Positions 60,425-64,000 of a stretch of 64,000 nucleotides of DNA are shown one piece after another. Position 1 is the stretch's first letter; the number at the start of each line of letters is the position of its first letter. Below the pieces are notes generated by a model. That model was not told where the DNA came from, did not search any database, and saw only the letters and a program-made list of their open reading frames with translations. The translations under genes were made by a program, and so were the position numbers. The DNA is from Spirochaetia bacterium (lineage in GTDB: Bacteria > Spirochaetota > Spirochaetia > DSM-2461), in NCBI GenBank assembly GCA_963666985.2, contig CAXXIA010000002.1, forward strand, positions 1,408,001 to 1,472,000, in the 5' to 3' direction.

Positions 60425-60855
60425 ATTATAATGCACCAATGGGCATTTCGAATCTCCTGGTTGAACTCTTCGAAAAAATGTCGGTCTGGGAGGCCGAAAA
60501 CGTTAAGGAAAGCGGATTATCTCTTCCTCACATGCACACGCTGGTCATGATCGGCATCCACCGGCGGCTGATTATGAAAGACTTGGCGGCCCTCATGGGC
60601 GTTACCACCGGGACATTAACGGTAACCGTCGATAAGCTGGAGAGTAAAGGACTCGTGTGCCGGGAACCGAATCCCGACGACAGACGTTCCTGGATGATCA
60701 CCCTAACCGATGACGGACATCGATTTTATCAAGACCATACGAAAGCCCACGCGAAAATGACGGCACACGGCTTGAATGATTTCACCGCGAAGGAGCAAGA
60801 AGCCTTCAAAGGCTATCTTCTTCGCTTTACTCAAAATTTCCCGGAACAAGAGTAA
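60421..60855 (+). CDS. MarR family transcriptional regulator
   Basis: MKDLAALMGVTTGTLT..VDKLESKGLV.R...PDDRRS pattern; His-rich; overlaps the ATPase stop. Confidence 0.9.
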   Translation: MNYNAPMGISNLLVELFEKMSVWEAENVKESGLSLPHMHTLVMIGIHRRLIMKDLAALMGVTTGTLTVTVDKLESKGLVCREPNPDDRRSWMITLTDDGHRFYQDHTKAHAKMTAHGLNDFTAKEQEAFKGYLLRFTQNFPEQE

Positions 60856-60952
60856 GGTTTCAATCCGCCGCGTCCGCCGCGAATCCCGGATAACGGCGGC
60901 TTAAGCGGAAAACCTTGCAGACGAGCGGACACCGTATCGGTATCATAATCCG

Positions 60953-61945
60953 ATGGAGAAATTCATGCGCAGCTTTTCCCCGGCGGTCCTTTTTTTCGCG
61001 GCCTCCTTCCTTACAGTCTTCACCTCCGGCGCCGCGGCGCAGCAGCCCGACTATTCCGATCTTCTTATCAGTCTTCTCAACGGCTACCAGAAGGTTATGA
61101 CCGCGGATTTATCGGATTCTCCCGGCGATACTTCGGGCGCCGCATGGGAACTCATTGCCGAAACCGTCAGGCAGGGATTCCTTCGCTTCACCATCGATCC
61201 GATGAACGAGGGCATCGTGGACGGCGCCCGTTTCTACGCTTCGCCGGAAGAAGAGGTGGCGCGGATTTATCTTTCTTTCCCGCTGCTGGAGTTTTCACAG
61301 GAACGGCCGGGAACGGCCTACGGCATATTAACGCGGGCCATCGCCGAAGCCGCCGCGTTCTTCGGGAGCCCGGACTTGTGGTGGAATGCTCAAAACGACG
61401 CGCTGGACCGCTTTGTTTTAACCAAAGCCTCCTACCGTCTTCAGGCGGAAATGATACGGAACCGCCTTGTTTCGGCGGAACTCGATCCGGGGTTATTGGG
61501 AAATTTCGTTTTGAAAAGCTTTGAGAACGACGGACTGACCGGAACGCTGCTCTACCTCGAAGGCCTCTCACTGTCGGTTTCCGCCTCTCTCGAAGAATAT
61601 CGAGACACCTTTCGTGAAACAGGTGATGCCGATTCTCTGCGTACCGATCTTCTCGCCTTGGGAAAAGAATTAACGGAGGCCCGAACGAATCTACCGGCCG
61701 ATGCCGCCGACAGCCGGGTTTACCCCGCGGCCGTCGCCGTTCATACCTGGCTCGAACTCACCCCCGGCCTCATCGCCGAAATCCATCGAACGGATGAAGA
61801 TGACAATATCGATTTCGGCGAGATTTTCTCAAAAGAATCCGAATACACGGCACTCAGAAGCCGAATGGAAATCTTCAGAATCAAAGACATGCCGCTGATT
61901 TATCATATAATGGAAAACACGCGAAAAGGATTTGAACTGCGCTGA
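60953..61945 (+). CDS. Hypothetical secreted protein
   Basis: Signal peptide ending AAA-Q; 330-aa ORF. Confidence 0.68.
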   Translation: MEKFMRSFSPAVLFFAASFLTVFTSGAAAQQPDYSDLLISLLNGYQKVMTADLSDSPGDTSGAAWELIAETVRQGFLRFTIDPMNEGIVDGARFYASPEEEVARIYLSFPLLEFSQERPGTAYGILTRAIAEAAAFFGSPDLWWNAQNDALDRFVLTKASYRLQAEMIRNRLVSAELDPGLLGNFVLKSFENDGLTGTLLYLEGLSLSVSASLEEYRDTFRETGDADSLRTDLLALGKELTEARTNLPADAADSRVYPAAVAVHTWLELTPGLIAEIHRTDEDDNIDFGEIFSKESEYTALRSRMEIFRIKDMPLIYHIMENTRKGFELR

Positions 61946-62019
61946 TTAAGGAAACCGCGGGGAATCCCAATTCCCGCCGCCGCGTTCGCCGCCTTTTTAA
62001 ATCGGCCGCCGGTTCTATG

Positions 62020-62066
62020 AAAAAACCTCCCGTGATTCTCTGGCGGATGCACAGAAACGGGAGGTT
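62020..62066 (-). terminator. Probable terminator between convergent genes
   Basis: AACCTCCCGT...ACGGGAGGTT stem with an A-run on the + strand. Confidence 0.65.
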
Positions 62067-62098
62067 CGCACGAAAATACGCTCGGCCGCCGATCCGGG

Positions 62099-63001
62099 CT
62101 AGAGCTTAACGGTATAGGAACAGTTCAGGAAAGGACTGAATGTCGGATTCTCGCCATCCACGTTTATAATCCGGAAAGATGCGATCATGTTAAATCCGGC
62201 CGCGGCGTAATAGATCCTCGGCTGAAGAACAACGCCTTCCAAATCCTTGGTAACCGGGAATGTTCCGTTAAATCCGACGGCAAGACCTTTCACGAAATTG
62301 CCGAGGGCGTAGCGGATTCCGCCGTCAATGTAGAGATAGGTCGACGTATCAAGGGCCGTGTCTTCTTCCGGCAGGAAGTACATCGAAAAGATTCCATTAA
62401 CCATCAGCGGTCCGTAGCGGAAGGTAACGCCGGGCCGAAGGTCGAGAAATCCGGCTTCCGGAGCAAAAAGGATTTCCGATTCAACAGAAGGTATAACGGA
62501 CATCTTTTTATTGATTGCGAACGTATAAGATATTTGGTCATACAAAAAGCCGAACGAGTCATCAATATCATTGGAAGCATAGTTGTTTTTAATCCAAAGC
62601 TTCATCGCTTTATCACTTAAGCAATACAGCGATTTTTTCTCATCCGGCAGGAAATTCATCCGGGTAAAGCTCAATTTTACCGAAAGACCTTTCCACTTCA
62701 GCGCCGCATCGGGAGTTATCGATGTGAGCGATCTCGACAAAGTCTCCTCAAAGCCGTTATTAAGCCCAAGCGTTAAACCAAGATTGAGCGTCGCGGCTTT
62801 TGCCAAGCTTATGGGATAGTGATATCCCACCGAAGAATCAAATCCGTAATAACGATCGCCGGCGTTTTCCGTAACATCCCATAGCGTCCCTTTCGCTCCG
62901 AACGTCAATGTTCCATGCTGCTGAGCCTGCTGCTGAGCCGCCGCCGACTGAGAAATCAGAAGAACGAATAAAGCCGACAATACGATAACCGTACGTTTCA
63001 T
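62099..63001 (-). CDS. Secreted protein, probable outer-membrane beta-barrel
   Basis: Signal peptide; many amphipathic beta-strand-like segments with aromatic residues; C-terminal CSYTVKL; AAAGAGG RBS. Confidence 0.62.
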   Translation of the reverse strand: MKRTVIVLSALFVLLISQSAAAQQQAQQHGTLTFGAKGTLWDVTENAGDRYYGFDSSVGYHYPISLAKAATLNLGLTLGLNNGFEETLSRSLTSITPDAALKWKGLSVKLSFTRMNFLPDEKKSLYCLSDKAMKLWIKNNYASNDIDDSFGFLYDQISYTFAINKKMSVIPSVESEILFAPEAGFLDLRPGVTFRYGPLMVNGIFSMYFLPEEDTALDTSTYLYIDGGIRYALGNFVKGLAVGFNGTFPVTKDLEGVVLQPRIYYAAAGFNMIASFRIINVDGENPTFSPFLNCSYTVKL

Positions 63002-63273
63002 ATATAAATCCTCTTTCTTTAAAACAGCCGATTGGCCATTTTAACTATGTTAGTTGAATCTTAGTAAATTCGCCTTAATTCACACGGAATTGTCAAGACT
63101 TCAACGCTCTTTTATCAATGGGATTAAGCGGATTTCGCCGAATTGGGAGATTCGAAGCCTCAAGAATGACCGTTCCTTAAAGGAAGCGCCGCATAAAGGG
63201 CGAAGTCGGTTTCCCTTTTCATTCCAAAATCTTTCGGCTTACTCTGTTGGAAATGAACACACGGAGATGCGTT

Positions 63274-64000
63274 ATGAAATTGAGTAAAAAGGGAGTCGTT
63301 ATTACGGGAGGCGCCGGAGGCATCGGGACGGCAACGGTTCGGCGCCTGCTCGCCGAAGGCTGCCTGGTATCGATTTGGGATATCTCTCATGACGTCTTGG
63401 ACCGCGCCGCCGGGCTGCTCGCCGAAGAAGGCATTACCGGCGGCAGACTCTTTTTTCATGCCGTGGACATAACCGACGGCGATGCGGTTCTCAAAGCCGT
63501 GGACACCGCTCTTTCCGAGATGGGCCGCATCGATATCCTGATCAATAATGCCGGGCATATGGCTCCCGGGAAATTAACGGACCAGCATCCCTTTGTTTGG
63601 GAAACCACGATTCGCGTAAATGTCACCGGCGTTATCAACGTAACCCATGCGGTTCTTCCTCATTTTTACAGTCGGAAATCAGGTCATGTCGTCAACATAT
63701 CCTCGGCCGCGGGCTTGGTGGGCGTTTCCGGACTGGCCGTTTATTCGGCCAGCAAATGGGCTGTTTTCGGCCTTACCGAAGCCCTCAGGCATGAAGCGGC
63801 CGATTCGGGATATAAACAGATTCGCTTCTCCTCGATTCATCCGAATTATATTTCCAGCGGAATGTTCGAAGGCGCCAAAATCAAAGGTTTGGGCGGTTTG
63901 GTTATCCCAAGGCTCCGCAATCACGATGTCGTCGCCAAGGCAATCGTCGAAAAAGCGCTTAAAAAAAACCGGCGTATCGTGCGCCGGCCCCGAACACTTT
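63274..64000 (+). CDS. SDR family oxidoreductase, 3'-partial (absent from the ORF track)
   Basis: MKLSKKGVVITGGAGGIG, DILINNAG, VNISSAAG and YSASK motifs; runs off the window end. Confidence 0.92.
   Translation, partial: MKLSKKGVVITGGAGGIGTATVRRLLAEGCLVSIWDISHDVLDRAAGLLAEEGITGGRLFFHAVDITDGDAVLKAVDTALSEMGRIDILINNAGHMAPGKLTDQHPFVWETTIRVNVTGVINVTHAVLPHFYSRKSGHVVNISSAAGLVGVSGLAVYSASKWAVFGLTEALRHEAADSGYKQIRFSSIHPNYISSGMFEGAKIKGLGGLVIPRLRNHDVVAKAIVEKALKKNRRIVRRPRTL

Overview
A 64-kb, moderately GC-rich bacterial chromosome segment. Gene content (TatT/TatP transporter components, spd-type EF-G outside the str operon, RecBCD) suggests a free-living spirochaete; this is inference, not a database result. 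It is mostly housekeeping: a Dpp/Opp-type ABC operon with an alkaline-phosphatase-family hydrolase, an M20 amidohydrolase, tatT plus two tatP/dctP genes, mutY, an RluA synthase, a UbiB-kinase/phasin pair, recC-recB-recD (recC broken by a +1 frameshift), lipid/glycolipid genes, fusA, thrH, a hybrid kinase/response regulator pair, glutaredoxin plus ferredoxin:thioredoxin reductase, a cstA-arsA module, pheS-pheT, a P1B ATPase with MarR, and a partial SDR. I saw no rRNA, tRNA, transposase, phage or cas gene. The best non-coding signals are: (1) a complete, apparently leaderless Phe-sensing leader-peptide attenuator upstream of pheS; (2) an isolated, symmetric cluster of five DnaA boxes with no dnaA nearby; (3) a degenerate 62-bp-period repeat array between thrH and the hybrid kinase. 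Many conserved proteins also carry long Gly/Ala/Ser insertions that look duplication-derived. Start codons were refined by eye and are approximate.
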